In this document: positions 1 through 13,538 of the stretch, one piece after another | How positions within the stretch are numbered: position 1 is the first letter of the stretch | Layout: each line of letters begins with the position of its first letter | Source of the DNA: Malacoraja senta | Lineage: Eukaryota | NCBI GenBank assembly: GCA_038087875.1 | Contig: CM075988.1 | Coordinates: 21,144,001 to 21,208,000 of the forward strand | Length of the DNA: 64,000 nucleotides | Direction: 5' to 3' | Notes under the pieces: generated by a model | Told to the model about the DNA's origin: nothing | The model's database searches: none | Seen by the model: the letters and a program-made list of their open reading frames with translations, nothing else | Position numbers and translations under genes: made by a program

Positions 1-59
1 ACCCCACCCCCACCATCACCTGGATGAAAGGCAGCCACACCTACCGGGATGGTGAACAG
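1..59 (+). CDS. NCAM1: NCAM1 exon, 3' part of Ig4 first half (partial at window edge): (D)PTPTITWMKGSHTYRDGEQ
   Basis: Frame from base 3 matches NCAM1 GDPIPSITW...EEK; ends CAG|GTAGGA, a phase-0 donor compatible with VASE and the next exon. Confidence 0.85.
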
Positions 60-315
60 GTAGGAGAATTACATGCAGTTAGTTGCACACTCTCCACCAC
101 GCGGCGATGAGCACAAACTTCACCCATGTGTCTTCTGTCATGCTTGCTTGCCCTCCAGATGAAACTTAACCTAAATCCACCTAACGTCCACAAGGGTGCA
201 TGATTTAGTTGCCTGTCCCTTCCATTTAGGGTTTAAGCAGAGCCGTTGGTGGTGACGGCATGGGATTGCCAATTCCCGCCACATACACAGGCTCCACTGA
301 TGTGCTGTCGTTGGA

Positions 316-796
316 GAGGGCCCAGAGGAGGTTCACCAGAATGGTCGCGGGACTGATTGGGATAACGTATGATGAGCGTTTGACGGCACTGGGCCTGTAA
401 CTCACTGGAGTTTAGAAGGGTGCAGGGGGGACCTCATGAAAACTTACCGAATAGTGAAAGACCTGGATAGAGTGGATGTGGAAAAGATGTTTCCACTAGT
501 GGGAGAGGCCAGGACCAGAGGCCATAACCTCAGAATAAAAGGACGTTCCTTGAGGAAGGAGATGAGGAGGAATTTCTTTGCTCAGTGGGTGGTGAATCGT
601 TGCCACGTTGACAGTGCTGGAGGCCAATTCAATGAACATTTTTAAGACAGAGATTGACAGATTCTTGATTATTACGGGTGTCAGGGGTTATGAGGGGAAG
701 GCAGGAGAATGGGGTTGTGAGGTTGATAGATCAGCCACGACTGAATGGCGATGGGCCGAATGCCCTAATTCTGCTTCTAAAACCTATGAGCTTATG
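316..796 (+). mobile_element. CR1-clade LINE 3' fragment
   Basis: QRRFTRM...LEFRR..GDLMKTYRI...RTRGHNLRIKG...RRNFF, then 3' UTR. Confidence 0.88.
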
Positions 797-3053
797 ATGT
801 GACTTCATCCTGTGTCGGTCAAATGCACTCACTGGTGCTGAGAGTGAAGGGGTCACGGAGGCTGGTGAAGCAACAAATACTGCCTGACCCACTGCTCAGA
901 GTAAAACCAGAGGTGGGCAAGCAAGGTATGAAAAGGACGTGCAGAGCGATGTCAACAGGTTAGTATGGGAGACACAGTGACGCAGCTGGTAGAGCCACTG
1001 CCTCACAGCGTCGTAAACCCGGCTCAATCCCGACCTCGAGTCTGCGTGGAGTTTGCACGCTCCCCCTGTGATGGCGTGGAATTCCTAAGAATGCTCCGCT
1101 TTCCTCCCACATCCCAAAGGCCTGTGTGTCGGTGGGTTAATTGGCCTCTGTAAAATTGCCCCCCCCCCCTTGTGTGTAGGGAGTGGATGAGACAGTGGGA
1201 TAACGTGGTACTAGGTGTCAATGGATGATCGGGGGGGCCAGTGTGGACTCGGTGGGCCGATGGGCTTGCTTCAATGCCGGTATCATTAAACTAAACTGAA
1301 GAAATTTGGAGAAATGCGAAGTCGCCTCTTTGGAAGGAGGAATGGGTAAGCAAACTATTATTCAAGGGATGTGAAGTTGCTAAATGTCCTTCGGAAAGAT
1401 AGGGCGACGTTGTACGAGAAACACAGAGAGAGATAGCATGTACGTAAGCAGGTGAATGGAGCACAAAGTTAAGGAAGTCTTATTACAAAAATACAGTGTG
1501 TAGGTGAGACGTCACCCGATGGACACCTATGGAGGAGCTACTTGCAATGCAGACAATTCAGGGAAGGTTCACCAGGTTAATTCGTGGGATTGTTTTGAAA
1601 GGAAAGATTGGGTCTATGTTCTTTGGAGTTTAAAGTATGAGACCCAGGGTGGGAATGTCCGACAATAGAGGGCACGGCTAGTAGGTGAGAGGGGGGGGGG
1701 GTTATTGGAGATGTGCGGGGTAAGTTTTTTTACACAGAGAGTAGTGGGGGCCTGGAACACACTGCCAGGGGGTGGAGCCTGATACAACAGTGGTGTTTAA
1801 GATGCTTTTAGATAGACGCATGGAACAGAGGGTCATAGATCTCGTGCGGGCAGATGATTGTTGGTCTTGACATCATGATCGGTACTGGCATTGTGGGCCG
1901 AAGGGCCTGTTTCTGGGCTCTTCTATGTTCTATTATGAACTCTTCTATGTTCTATTATGAACAAACCTCAGTTACAGAGATTGTTATCGCGTGTTTACGC
2001 AACTTAGTTTCATTTCTACCCACATCAAAGCGCAGGGAATAGAGGGATATGGATCTTGTACACGGTTTAACGGTGCCATGTTCAGCACAAACATAGTGGG
2101 CCAAAGGGCCCGTTCCTGTGCTGTACTCTTCTATGTTGACACGAAAGATGAGGTGAGGACTTTGCCCAAGTGGGGACGTGTCGGGAACGGGGAAAGGCCA
2201 TTTAGTGGCTTTCAAAGCGAGGAGGAGGAATTTTCCTTCTCGAAGGCGGTAAATCTTCAAAATTCCCTCCACCGCAGACATGTTAATCACTAAATATATT
2301 TAAGATTGAGTTTGTGCGATTTCTGGATCTTTGTGAATCAAAGATGATGGGGAATATCAAGCTCCCATGTGGTCTCGTCGTCAATCTTTCATATGGTCTA
2401 GTGGTTAGGATTCCCGGTTTTGGGGTAGAGTTGCTGCCTGAAAGCGCCAGAGACCGGGTTCGATCCTGACTACAGGTGCTGTCTGTACGGAGTTTGTACC
2501 TTCTCCCTGTGACCACTTGAATTTTCTCCCAGTTTACTCCCACACTCCAAAGACATGCAGGTTTAGAGGTTGATTGACTTCAGTAAGTTGTAACATTGTC
2601 CCTAGGTCGGCGGGCTGAAGGGCCTGTTTCCACGCTGTTTCCGCACTGTATCTCCAAGTAAGTCTGAAGGGATCATGGTGTAAAATGGAGCTGAGGCCAA
2701 GAGAGGTTGGTTGTGATCTCATTGAATGGAGGGGCAGAGTGTTCTATCATTGCACTCACTACTTAAGTTGTGTTAACATCTCATCGTTTAACACCAGACT
2801 ATGCCTCCAAGCCTCCAAGCGAATTGTACATTTTGCATTAACATGCTGGACAAACATTGGTCGGATCACCACTTCTGAAACACAGCGGGATTATTTATCT
2901 GTCGTAGTTCACGAGCGTGGTGAAACGTGACTTGGTGTGGAGACTGTAACACGAATGACCTGCCGCCATTAGCATCGGTCTGCCCCCAGTTCTGCTCACT
3001 ATGTGTTCTGATCCTTCTGCGAAAGATTCTTGGGAGTAACGCCTCGTTATGCC

Positions 3054-3448
3054 CAAAGATCCTATGGCGAGCAAGATAGTCCACTCGATGAAAAAGACGT
3101 AGTACGGTCACGGGCAGATTCATGGGTAATTTAAGGCCTCATTTCCGTAACCGGCTTCCATCTCCGCACCAAAGATCCCACAGGATAATAGTACGGAGAC
3201 GGAAGCCGGTTACGGAAACATCCTCGTAAAAATAAAAGTTATTTGGTAAAAATCTTCTCCTCATTTTCAGAATTTTAATTTATTAACACAAACTGTTCCC
3301 CCGCAACGTTGATTACACTGCGAGTCGGGTCGGGTCCGGTTACGGAAATGGATGAAAAAAAGGCCCACGTTCCGTTCCGTTGCGTACTACACGTCAGCCC
3401 ATTGCATTTAGCAGGAGTGGTCTATCTTGCTCCGCTATAGGATCTTTG
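3054..3448. mobile_element. Non-autonomous TIR DNA transposon (MITE) with 8-bp TSD; P- or hAT-superfamily
   Basis: About 33-bp TIR CAAAGATCCTAT..GAGCAAGATAG.CCACTC; TSD GTTATGCC at 3046-3053 and 3449-3456; internal CCGGTTACGGAAA repeats in both orientations. Confidence 0.85.
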
Positions 3449-5717
3449 GTTATGCCAGCAGCTTCTGGTCTGTTTTATATCGTTGCCTAAGAGTGGCCAT
3501 TATACACATATCCACATATGGTGGATATGTGCAGGAAGGAACTGCAGATGCTGGTTTACACCGAAGATAAACACAGAATGCTGGAGTAACTCAGCGGGTC
3601 AGGCAATGTCTCTGGAGAGAAGGAATGGGTGACGTTTTGGGTCGAGACCCTTCTTCAGACATATATATGCGGTGGAACCCACACACACACACTGAAGTGA
3701 CACAACACTTCCTACCCACAAATGCTACAATGAACATCCCTGTGTGCTTTAAGCTGCAATGGGCTCCTGCATTTGATTACATATGGGGATTATGGTCATG
3801 TTTTGCAATTGTCAGGCGCTGTGTATTTGTGCCTTTAGCAAAGTCCGCAGCCATGTTAATTACAGAAGGGATGATGCACGCGTTGATCATTGATCATTGA
3901 TCATGCATCCTTTGTGCAAAAAATCTCCCAACCCTTCTAATTACCTCCATTGTGCATCACCATCTCAGTGGACTAACCAATAAGACAGTGTAGGAAGGAA
4001 CTGCAGATGCTGGTTTAAACCGAAGATAGGCACAAAAGGCTGGAGTAACTCAGTGGGACGGGCAGCGTCTCTGGCGAGAAGGGATGGGTGACGTTTCGGG
4101 TCGCGCCGTCCGAAGAAGAGCCTCGACCCGAAACGTCACCCGTTCCTTCTCTCCAGAGATGCTACCTGTCCCGCTGAGTTACTCCAGCTTTTTGTGTCTA
4201 ACTAATAAAACAAGTCGGGTTGGAAATATGTATCCTGACGGATTTCTGGTGCTGAATATCAGCGTCCAGACCTCGTGGCAGAAGACGAGGTTATTTATGA
4301 AGAATAAGGACATCCTCCGCGGGGAATTTCAGCAAAAATCATAAATCCAATTATAAAGAAGTTTCTGATTTTGCTCCGTCTCAGATGCCCAGAGCTAACA
4401 TTTGCCTTGAATTCTCCTTTAATTGACATTAGCATTTGTGAAGTTTGAATTATTTCTGCTATAGGAGATGGAGGGAAATAAATTCCCTGCATTCTCAGAC
4501 CTAGGCTGCAAAGTTCCTTCCACGTGTGTCCGTTTATGAGGGTCATTAAGTGGAAAGTCTTTAGGCAGAGAATGGTGAATGTGTGGAATTCATTGCCACA
4601 GAAGGCTGTGGAGGCCAGGCCAGTGGATATTTTCATGGCAGAGATAGATAGATTCTTGATTAGTGTGGGTGTCAGGGGTTATGGGGAGAAGGGGGTTCGG
4701 AGGGAGAGATAGATCAGCCATGATTGAATGGCGGAGTAGACTTGATGGGGCCGAATGGCCTAATTCTGCTCCTATCACTTATGATATGAAAATACAGCGC
4801 GGTCGTTCCTCTGCCCAGCGCTGATCTTGCAGTGATATGTGAGTGACACCCGACCTTTGTGTGCGTGAACCTAGGACACAGTTTGAACAACAAATGCTCT
4901 TCCCTGTCCAACGTTCCTTTTCGAATACCACAAGGGAACCCTGGAGCCGAGTATCCCGGGAGCTGTTGGTTGATCGATTGCCAGGTACAACATGGAAGGG
5001 TGGCACAGTGGGTAGAGCTGCTGCCTCACTGCGCCAGAGACCCGGGTTCGATCCTCGCCTCGGGGGCCGTCTGCGTGGAATTTGCACGTTCTCCCTGTGA
5101 CCGTGTGGGTTTCCACGGGGTGCTCAGGCTTCCTCCCACAGACACGCGGGTTTGTAGATTAATTGGCCTCTGTAACTAGTGTGTAGTGAGTGGATAGGAA
5201 AGTGGGCTGACAGAGCTACAGTGGTGTGAATGGGTGATCGATGGTCAGCGTGGATTCAGTGAGTCAAAGGGCCTGTTCCCATGCTGCATCTTTAAACTAA
5301 ACTAACTAAGTAAGCCCTTCGGCCCACCTAGTCCGCACCGACCAGCGATCCCCACACATTAACTCTATTCTGCACACACTAGGGACAATTTACATTTACA
5401 CCAAGCCAATTAACCTACAAACCTGCACGACTTGGGAGTGTGGGAGGAAACCGAAGATCTCGAAGAAAACAGGTCACGGGGAGATCGTACAAACTCCGTA
5501 CAGGATCGAACCCGGGTCTCTGGCGCTGTAAGGTAGCAACTCTACCGTGCCGCCTCAACATTGCCGGAACTATTTCCTCTTGCACCACCCTCTGTGTGGG
5601 AAATAATTCCCCTCAGGTTGCTATGACATCCTGCCCCTCTCACCATAAACCCATGACGTGCGCTTCTTGGTTCCCCTACTCTGGGCATGCAGCCTGTCTC
5701 CTTCCATATGTTAGCAA

Positions 5718-5790
5718 TGCCGAAACCAGGGATTGAACCAAGGGCCTTTAGATCTTCAGACTGACGCTCTCCCAACTGAGCTGTTCTAGC
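5718..5790 (-). pseudogene. tRNA-Phe(GAA) pseudogene
   Basis: 73 nt, colinear with vertebrate tRNA-Phe (AGCTCAGTTGGGAGAGCG, CTGAAGATCTAAAGG, GGTTC, TTTCGGCA) but acceptor and anticodon stems are mismatched and U8 is C. Confidence 0.85.
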
Positions 5791-7554
5791 TACAAATTAA
5801 TTCTCCAAAGAAGAGGCAGAACTACAGCTGATGACAGTTGAGGTTTAACTGTTAATTTTAATTCATTGAGCCACTTTGAAAATGAACCCTGCTTAAAACA
5901 AGCTGCAGTAAGTTGTTCTATCCTACATGTTAGACGAGCTGGCAGTGTTGAGCTGCCCTGACTTGATCCTGTCTGGAATCAATTCCTTATGGACATCCAT
6001 CCAAAGTAGAAAAGCAACTCCACGTTGATTGGTTGAATGGTAGTGGGCGTTGGGCCGAAGGGCCTGTTTCCACACTGTATCACTGTATACATGCACAGAG
6101 ACAGGCTCTGAGTCCACGCCGACCATCGATTACCCGCTCACGCTCGCTCTCTACACATCTGGGGCAATTTTCATCCATCTTCATACTCCCGTGTCTTTGG
6201 TGTGTGGGACCGAACTGGAGAGAACACACATGGTCACAGGGAGAGCATGCAAACTCTACACAGACAGCAGCAGAGGTCAGGATCGAACTGGATCTCTGTG
6301 GTACTGTGAGGCAGCAGCTCCACCCGCTGCGGTATTGTGGGCCAGTCAAACACGGATGCTGTTTTATCAGCGTCAGCGTGAAACACTAACAAATACCGCT
6401 TCTATTATCGACCACTAGCTGCGACCTTGTGCCTCCGTCGTTGGCTGAAGGCAGTGACAGATACGTCCAACATCAGCAGAACGGCTGCAGATTTTCACAT
6501 TTGATTCTAAAAGCCAGGCGGAGCGCAGCTGTCAGCATGATGAGTTGCTTCGTACAGATAGCACGGGCAAACTGTGCATCGTCCCCATGTTCAGACAGCG
6601 TGTAAAATCACAATCTGCCCCAATCAACACCTGATCTCCATCTCCCAAGGACTCAGAAAGGTTTTCCCAGACAACGTCGTATTAATACGAGCGATGCGCC
6701 TCACTGCACCGTCTGTTTTGTATGTTGTTTGTCTTCTTAAGTGGTAGCAACCTAACCAATGTGATTTCTGTCAGAGACGGATGTTGCTAAGGATCAGGAG
6801 ACAACTGGAGAACATCCATTATCCTTCACCTTGCATGTTGCACTGCCTGATCTTCCCATTCATCGCATTGTTCTCTTGTGCACTTCTTGCTCTTCATAAG
6901 GATCGTTAAGTTAAGGAGCAGAATTAGGCCACTCTGCCCATCAAGTCTATCCCGCCATTCAATAATGGCCGATCTATCTTTCCCTCTCAGAGATAGATAG
7001 ATTCTTGATTAGTACTAGTCAAAGGTTATGGGGAGAAGGCAGGAGAATGTGATTAGGAGGGAGAGATAGATTAGCCATGATTGATGGCGGAGTAGACCTG
7101 ATGGGCCGAATGGCCTAATTCTACTATTCTTTATGACCTCTCAACTGCATTCTCCTGCCTTCTCCCCAAAGCTCTTGACACCCTTACTAATCAAGAACCT
7201 GTTAATCTCCGCAATAAAAAGATCCATTGACTTGGCCTCCATAGCCGTCTGTGGCAATGAATTCCACAGATTCACCACCCACTGACTAAAGAAATTCCTT
7301 CTCATCTCCTTTCTATAGGTACGTCCTTTTATTCTGAGGCTGTGGCCGCTGGTCCTAGATGCTCCCACTAGTGGAAGCATCCTCTCCGCATCCACTCTAT
7401 CCTGGCATTTCATCATTCATACTTCCATCGCTATGAACCCGATGGTGAAAACCAGTCCTCCAATATTATATAATGACAATGAAGTCTTAACACAAGTAGC
7501 GGGGAAAATAGACTTGTACAGCATGGAAACAGGCCCTTCGGCCCAAATCATATG

Positions 7555-7862
7555 TAGTTTAGTTTAGAGATACAGCGCGGAAACAGGCCCTTTCGGCCCA
7601 CCGGGTCCACGCCGACCAGCGATCCCCGCACATTAACACTATCCCATACTCACTAGGGACAATTTTTACATTTATACCAAGCCAATTAACCTACAAACCT
7701 GTACGTCTTTGGAGTGTGGGAGGAAACCGAAGATCTTGGAGAAATCCCACGCAGGTCACGGGGAGAACGTGCAAACTCCGTACAGACAGCACTGGTAGTC
7801 AGGATTGAACCCAGGTCTCTGGCTCTGCATTCGCTGTAAGGCAGCAACTCTACCGCTGTGCC
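7555..7862 (-). mobile_element. HE1-like SINE, subfamily with an extra GAATGCA segment in the tRNA head
   Basis: Same architecture on the minus strand. Confidence 0.85.
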
Positions 7863-8460
7863 ATCGCACTGCCTGCAAGAGGGAATGTTATGTTGTATCT
7901 GCACCATGAGTCTGACTTTACTTGGGGCCCAGCTCAGATAGGCACATCCACAAAATAAAACATCTTGGAGATCAGTGGTGTTTCTCCAAGTTGGTTTATT
8001 GAAGGCCTAAACAGTGTGCATTGGTAAATACTCTGAGAAAACCAAAAGTGCCTCAAAAGATTCACTATTTTTATATTCTCACGCCACAATGGTTACATGT
8101 GGATCCTACATTTTTTTTAAATGTCATCATTGATCAATGTCTCTGTAACCTTTCATCTTTGTCTTTCTCCAGAGTTATATTTAACCTTATGCTCCCTGTC
8201 ACCTGCAGAACCACTCTCCCATTTGTATGACAAATGGGCCCCAGAAATGTCTGAAGGGGGGGGGGGGGTCCCGACCTGAAACCTCACCCATCCTTTTCTC
8301 CAGATATGTTGTCTCTCCCGCTGAGTTACTCCAGCACTTTGTGTCTATCTTCGGTACATACTAGCATCTGCAGTTCCTTTCTGCAGCACAAATGCCAGTA
8401 CCCCTGGATCAGTTTTATTGCCCTCAGCTTAGTTTACAAATTCCAATGTTTATGTTAACC

Positions 8461-9614
8461 CAATATTTTAAATATTTTCAAATATGTGACTATTTGAAAA
8501 AACATACAAAAGATCATCATAATACCTCAACAGATGTATTGGATGAAGCAATGCAGATAAAAGCTGAAAGCAAACTTAATATCATATTTGTATAATATTA
8601 TTTTAAATGTAGAAATACCATCTACGGAAGGTATTAGAAAAGACTGGGAACAAGAATTAGCTATTAAAATCTCAAAGGAAAGGTGGAATGAACATTTATT
8701 AAACGTGCATAAATGTTCGATTAATGTAAGACACACTTTAATACAATTTAAATTTTTACATAGATTATATTATTCTAAAACTAAAATTAATAAAATGTTC
8801 CCAAATGTATCATCAATTTGTGATCAATGTCAATCTCAAGAAGCTACTATAGCGCACTCATTTGTTTTCTGTACAAAAATTCAAAAATTTTGGATTGAAA
8901 TTTTAGAAATCTTTACAAAATTATTTAAAATTAAACTGATACCCAAAGCAGAATGGATTATCTTCGGAACAACAGAAGATAGTCCAGAACTAAATGTGTT
9001 CCAAAAGAAATTAATAGACTATGGGTTAATAATTGGAAAAAAGTTAATCCTAAAATTCTGGAAAAACGCTCCAATACCAACTATAAACATGTGGATTTCA
9101 AATATGTTCGAAACATTACACCTAGAAGAGATAAGACTCCTCCTGGCAGGTAAACCAGATCACTTCCACCTGACGTGGTCTGCATTTATAGAATTATTAC
9201 AAGTATAGGGTGCAAAAGTACTAAAAAAAACTGAGGTCAGGTAAAGGGGGATGAAAGCTGGAGAGTTGGTATATCCCATTTGCGTGATGCTTACAAAAAC
9301 AGTATTTGTTTTTCTCTTTTCCCTCTTTCTCTTTTTTCTTCTTTTTCAGGGTCTATTTCTTAACTCTTTCCTTTTGTTTTTAATTTCTTTCTTATAGGGT
9401 CTTTGTCTTTTGTTTTTGTTTTTGTTGTTGTCACGTTTTTTACACCTTCACTTTTTCCCATCACTTTCTTCTTTCTCTCAATCTTATCCTTTCCCTTTAT
9501 TAGTGTATAAAATAAACGGAGTACATTAATTGTAATAAGATATATGTGATGAGTACTAGTGTAATTGGTTGTAATGTAATGTACTTCTAATAAATAAAAT
9601 AAATAAATAAATAA
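8461..9614 (+). mobile_element. 5'-truncated L1/Tx1-clade LINE: ORF2 C-terminus, 3' UTR and A-rich tail
   Basis: ORF 8588-9208 has QFKFLHRLY and the CCHC knuckle CDQC-x7-H-x4-C; T-rich UTR; (AATA)n tail; flanking direct repeat ATGTTAACC at 8452-8460 and 9615-9623. Confidence 0.88.
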
Positions 9615-10559
9615 ATGTTAACCAAACTAATTATGCTGTGGAACCGAAACACCGTGATACATCTATTTATTGCCTCACTGACATCCTTAAGTTCCCTATG
9701 TTGGCCATTTGTTCCCATCACCCTTCCCAGGATGTAAGCTCTTGGGATTAACACATTACAAACTACTCATCCTCCTTCTAATGTTCAAAATATCCATCAA
9801 CATCATCTATACTGACCATGGTGCCCCATCTAAGCTAGTCCAATTTGCCCACGTTTGGCCTTTCTCCCTCTAAACCTTTCCTATTCATCAATCACTGGTG
9901 TATTGTCATGTGTGCCGAGGTGCAGTGGAAAGCTTTTGTTGCATGCTATCCAGTCAACGGAAAGACAAATACATGATTACATTCCACCTGCCCATATGTC
10001 TTTAAAATACTGTTAAAGTATCTGCCTCAACTACCTCCTCCAACAGCTTGCTCCATATATCCACCACCATCTTTGTGAAAAAGTTGCCCCTCAGTTTCCT
10101 ATTGGATTTTTCCCCTCTCACCTTCAATGTTTAGTTCTTGATTTCTCCTACTCTGGTTAAAAGATTGCTTTTTCAAAATGTTTGAACCCAGGCCAAAAGG
10201 TATAACAATAGTACATTTGGTAAAGATTAGTGGAATTGGACAAAGCCAGCCTTTAGAAAGGAGATGAGGAGGAATTTCTTTAACCAGGGGATGGTGAATC
10301 TGTGGAATTCAATGCTACACAAAAGGTTGTGGAGGCCAAGTCAATGGCTATCGTTAAGGTGGAGATTGACAGGTTCTTGATTAGTGCGGGTGTCAGGGGT
10401 TTTGGGGAGAAGGCAGGAGAATGAGGTTGAAAAGGGAGAGATAGATAGATCAGCCATGATTGAATGGCGGAATAGACTTGATGGGCCGAATGGCCTAAAT
10501 CTGCTCCTACAACTTATGAACATACGAGCATTTGACGAGAGAAGGAAACCGTGATTCAC

Positions 10560-11040
10560 CACTGCCTCTGGAGTTTGCTTGAGGTTGTGAGCGACAGAAT
10601 AGCGAAGGGTGAATCGATGGGTCTGGTTATTTGGACTTTCGTTAAAAGATTAGTGTGCATGGTTACAGAATATGGACCTGTTGAATAATACACTGGCTTG
10701 GGTTGGGATTTGGTTACCAGAATGGATATGGAAGGAATGAACGGGCCTTTATTCTGGGTGGCTTGTGGGGTATAACACTAACACAGGTGGACATGGATTG
10801 TTCTCAATATATATCTATGATTTGGATGAGAGAACTAAATATGGGACCCCTGAGTTTGCGGACGACACCAAGCTGGTAGTTTGGTGAAGGCAGGGGATCA
10901 AGATGAGCTTCGGAGGATGATGCATAGAAAGTCCTTTGTGCTTTCGACAAGATGGATAATTGGGCAAATGCATGGCAGATGCAGATTAATGTTGATAAAT
11001 ATGAAGTAATTCGCTTTGGTTTTAAAAAGAGAGAGATTAT
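10560..11040 (+). mobile_element. Old CR1 reverse-transcriptase internal fragment
   Basis: Degraded LDF...FADDTKL...WANAWQM..NVDKYEV motifs. Confidence 0.7.
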
Positions 11041-12497
11041 TATCTATCTTTATATCTTTTGTGGTGACGCAGTGCCAGAGACACAGGTTCGATCCTGACT
11101 TTGGGTGCTGTCTGTACGTAGTTTGTACGTTCTCCCCGTGGCCGCGTGGGTTTACTCCGAGATCTTCGGTTTCCTCCCACACTCCAAAGACATAGAGGTT
11201 TGTAGGTTAAAATGGCTTCTGTAAATTGTGAATTGTCCCTGGTGTGTAGGATAGTGCAAGTGTACGGGGTGATGGGCGGTCGACGTGGGCTCGGTGGGCC
11301 AAAGGGCCTGTTACCGCGCTGTATCTGAGGTAAAGCGTGTTCCTTATGTCCGTGATCTCATTCCCACTCGCGCTGTGAGGATGGGATGTTCCCTGCAGCT
11401 CTGCACCACCGGTGAATCATGTCCTCATGTCTTGGTTGCCAAGCAACAAGTATAGTCCCAGGGCTCATGTCAGCAGAGCTCCTCTATATCGGCCAGTGAT
11501 CTGGCTCTCCCTTCAGCTGCTGTCTTGTTATAGTCATCAGATCCTACCTCGGGTACATAAGCTGCCGACTCCTCTGCCTGCCTCCGAATGACGATCACTG
11601 CTGATCCAACGCTTCAATTCCACTTCCCTCCACAATCATCCCAAGCCGTATTTATATCAGCGTTCAATGTCTGGTGACCAGCTGGTGAACAAGTCAGGAA
11701 TCGAGAGAGTTTAATTGTCATGTGTGCGGGCAGCAGGACAATGAGACCCTCACTCGCTGCAGCTTAAGGCAACAACACGCAAATGTTGGGCTGGGCAGCG
11801 GTAGTGCTGCTGCCTCACAGCGCCAGAGACCCGGGTTCGATCCTGCGCACGGGTGCTATCTGTACGGAGTTTGTACGTTCTCCCTGTGACCCGCGTGGGT
11901 TTCCTTCGGGTGCTCCGGTTTCTCCAAAGACCTACAGGTTTGTAGGTTAATTGGCTTGGTAAAATTGTAAATTATCCCTAGTCTGTGTAGGATAATGTTA
12001 ATGTGCGGGGATCGCTTGTCGGTGCGGACCCGGTGGGCCAAAGGGCCTGTTTCTGCCTCGTATCTCTATACTTTCGGGGACCAGACCCAACGGGTCTGCA
12101 CTTGGTCTAGTGACCCTTAAAACTAAAATCAATTGGCCTAAATTGACATCATGTCATTCTCGCCCCATGTGTGGCTCGTGATTCTTTGTACTTGTTCCCA
12201 AGACCTTACTGTAGACTTTAGAGATGAAGCAGGCTCCATTTGATCGGCTGCTCATTTACTTTAGCACCTGGATAGCTGCTCACCCAGAAAAGTTCATTCC
12301 AGTAGCTTTTTGCCATCGGCCTTTCACATTTTAGAAATGATACGGCAATTTGGGAAGAAGGAGCCGGCTTATTGCAGTTTAAACACCACGCTTTGAAAGG
12401 TGCTCCGTTGTGAAATGGAATATTGACTGGGAATTCACCCCTTACTGGAAAGCTAGGCAGGTCTCAGTCCCCTCATGCAGTTGTTTGTTTAGATGTA

Positions 12498-13538
12498 GCA
12501 ATGTTACAACATTTTGAGATTTAAAAAATAAAGTCTGTAATTTATCCCATCAGATAAAGCATAAAAAGAAGATTAATTTGACACCTAATTCACTTTCATA
12601 TCTTCTGTATTAAAAAAGTTATGGCCATTTTCATACTCGGAAATTAGCATCTTGTTCCCTACTGCTTTTCCATTGACTTAACACAAAAGCTGTGATCGAG
12701 GACAGTTAAAAGCCCATAACTTTCAAAAAAATTAAGAGAACTGAAAGAAATTTTCAGTTATTATAGATTGAAGCATTCTGAAACAAATATGAAACAATCT
12801 TACTTAGATGACATGAAATTAAAGCATATAATTAGTTAGTTACCTAATTGTAGCTAATTACAAAATTCAATTACTAGATCTAAACATCTATCAATTTCTT
12901 AAGAATAGATTAACATTTTTTAATAGCCTAAGTGTCCAAATAACATTCACACAAGAATTCACAATATAACATAATTTTTTTATCTCATTGTCATGGATTT
13001 ATAGGCCAAATGGAAGAAATTTAATGTTTAATACCTGTAAATTAATGGGCATTTATATCATCTTGCGAATGGGGATTTCTGGAACGCGATCATTTGGAAC
13101 GTTGATTTGCGGTGAATTTAACCCCGTATCGGCATGAAAATTATTGCCGTTAGTTCGGGGAAAAGAATCACCGTTTCGCATGTAAAAATGTGAATTAAAG
13201 GCTTCTTAAGGAGAACATTTATACATAAAAATAAACTACTTTCGTTTACCTGTCCCGTGTGTGAAATCCGTCCCCGTTGTCGGCGTTGACGGCTTCAGAA
13301 GGTGATTTTAAAATGACTCCAGCGCTGAAATTGTGGGGAGATTTTTAAAACAAAATACTCAAAACGCCCCTCGGAACGATTCTTCCGCAAAAGCTGGTAC
13401 TCCAACGAAATATAATACAGGACAAGGTAGGAGAAACCCGCGTTTTAACCCCGCCCCCCCCCCTCAAAGGCGCCAAAATCGCGCACACGGCCAGTGGCAG
13501 AATTGCAGCGCCGCTGAAGGTAAGTATTGTAACATACC
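12498..13538. mobile_element. Putative 1-kb non-autonomous DNA element with short imperfect TIRs
   Basis: Ends GCAATGTTACAA and TTGTAACATACC, each flanked by TA; AT-rich left part, CpG-rich right end; no ORF. Confidence 0.5.
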
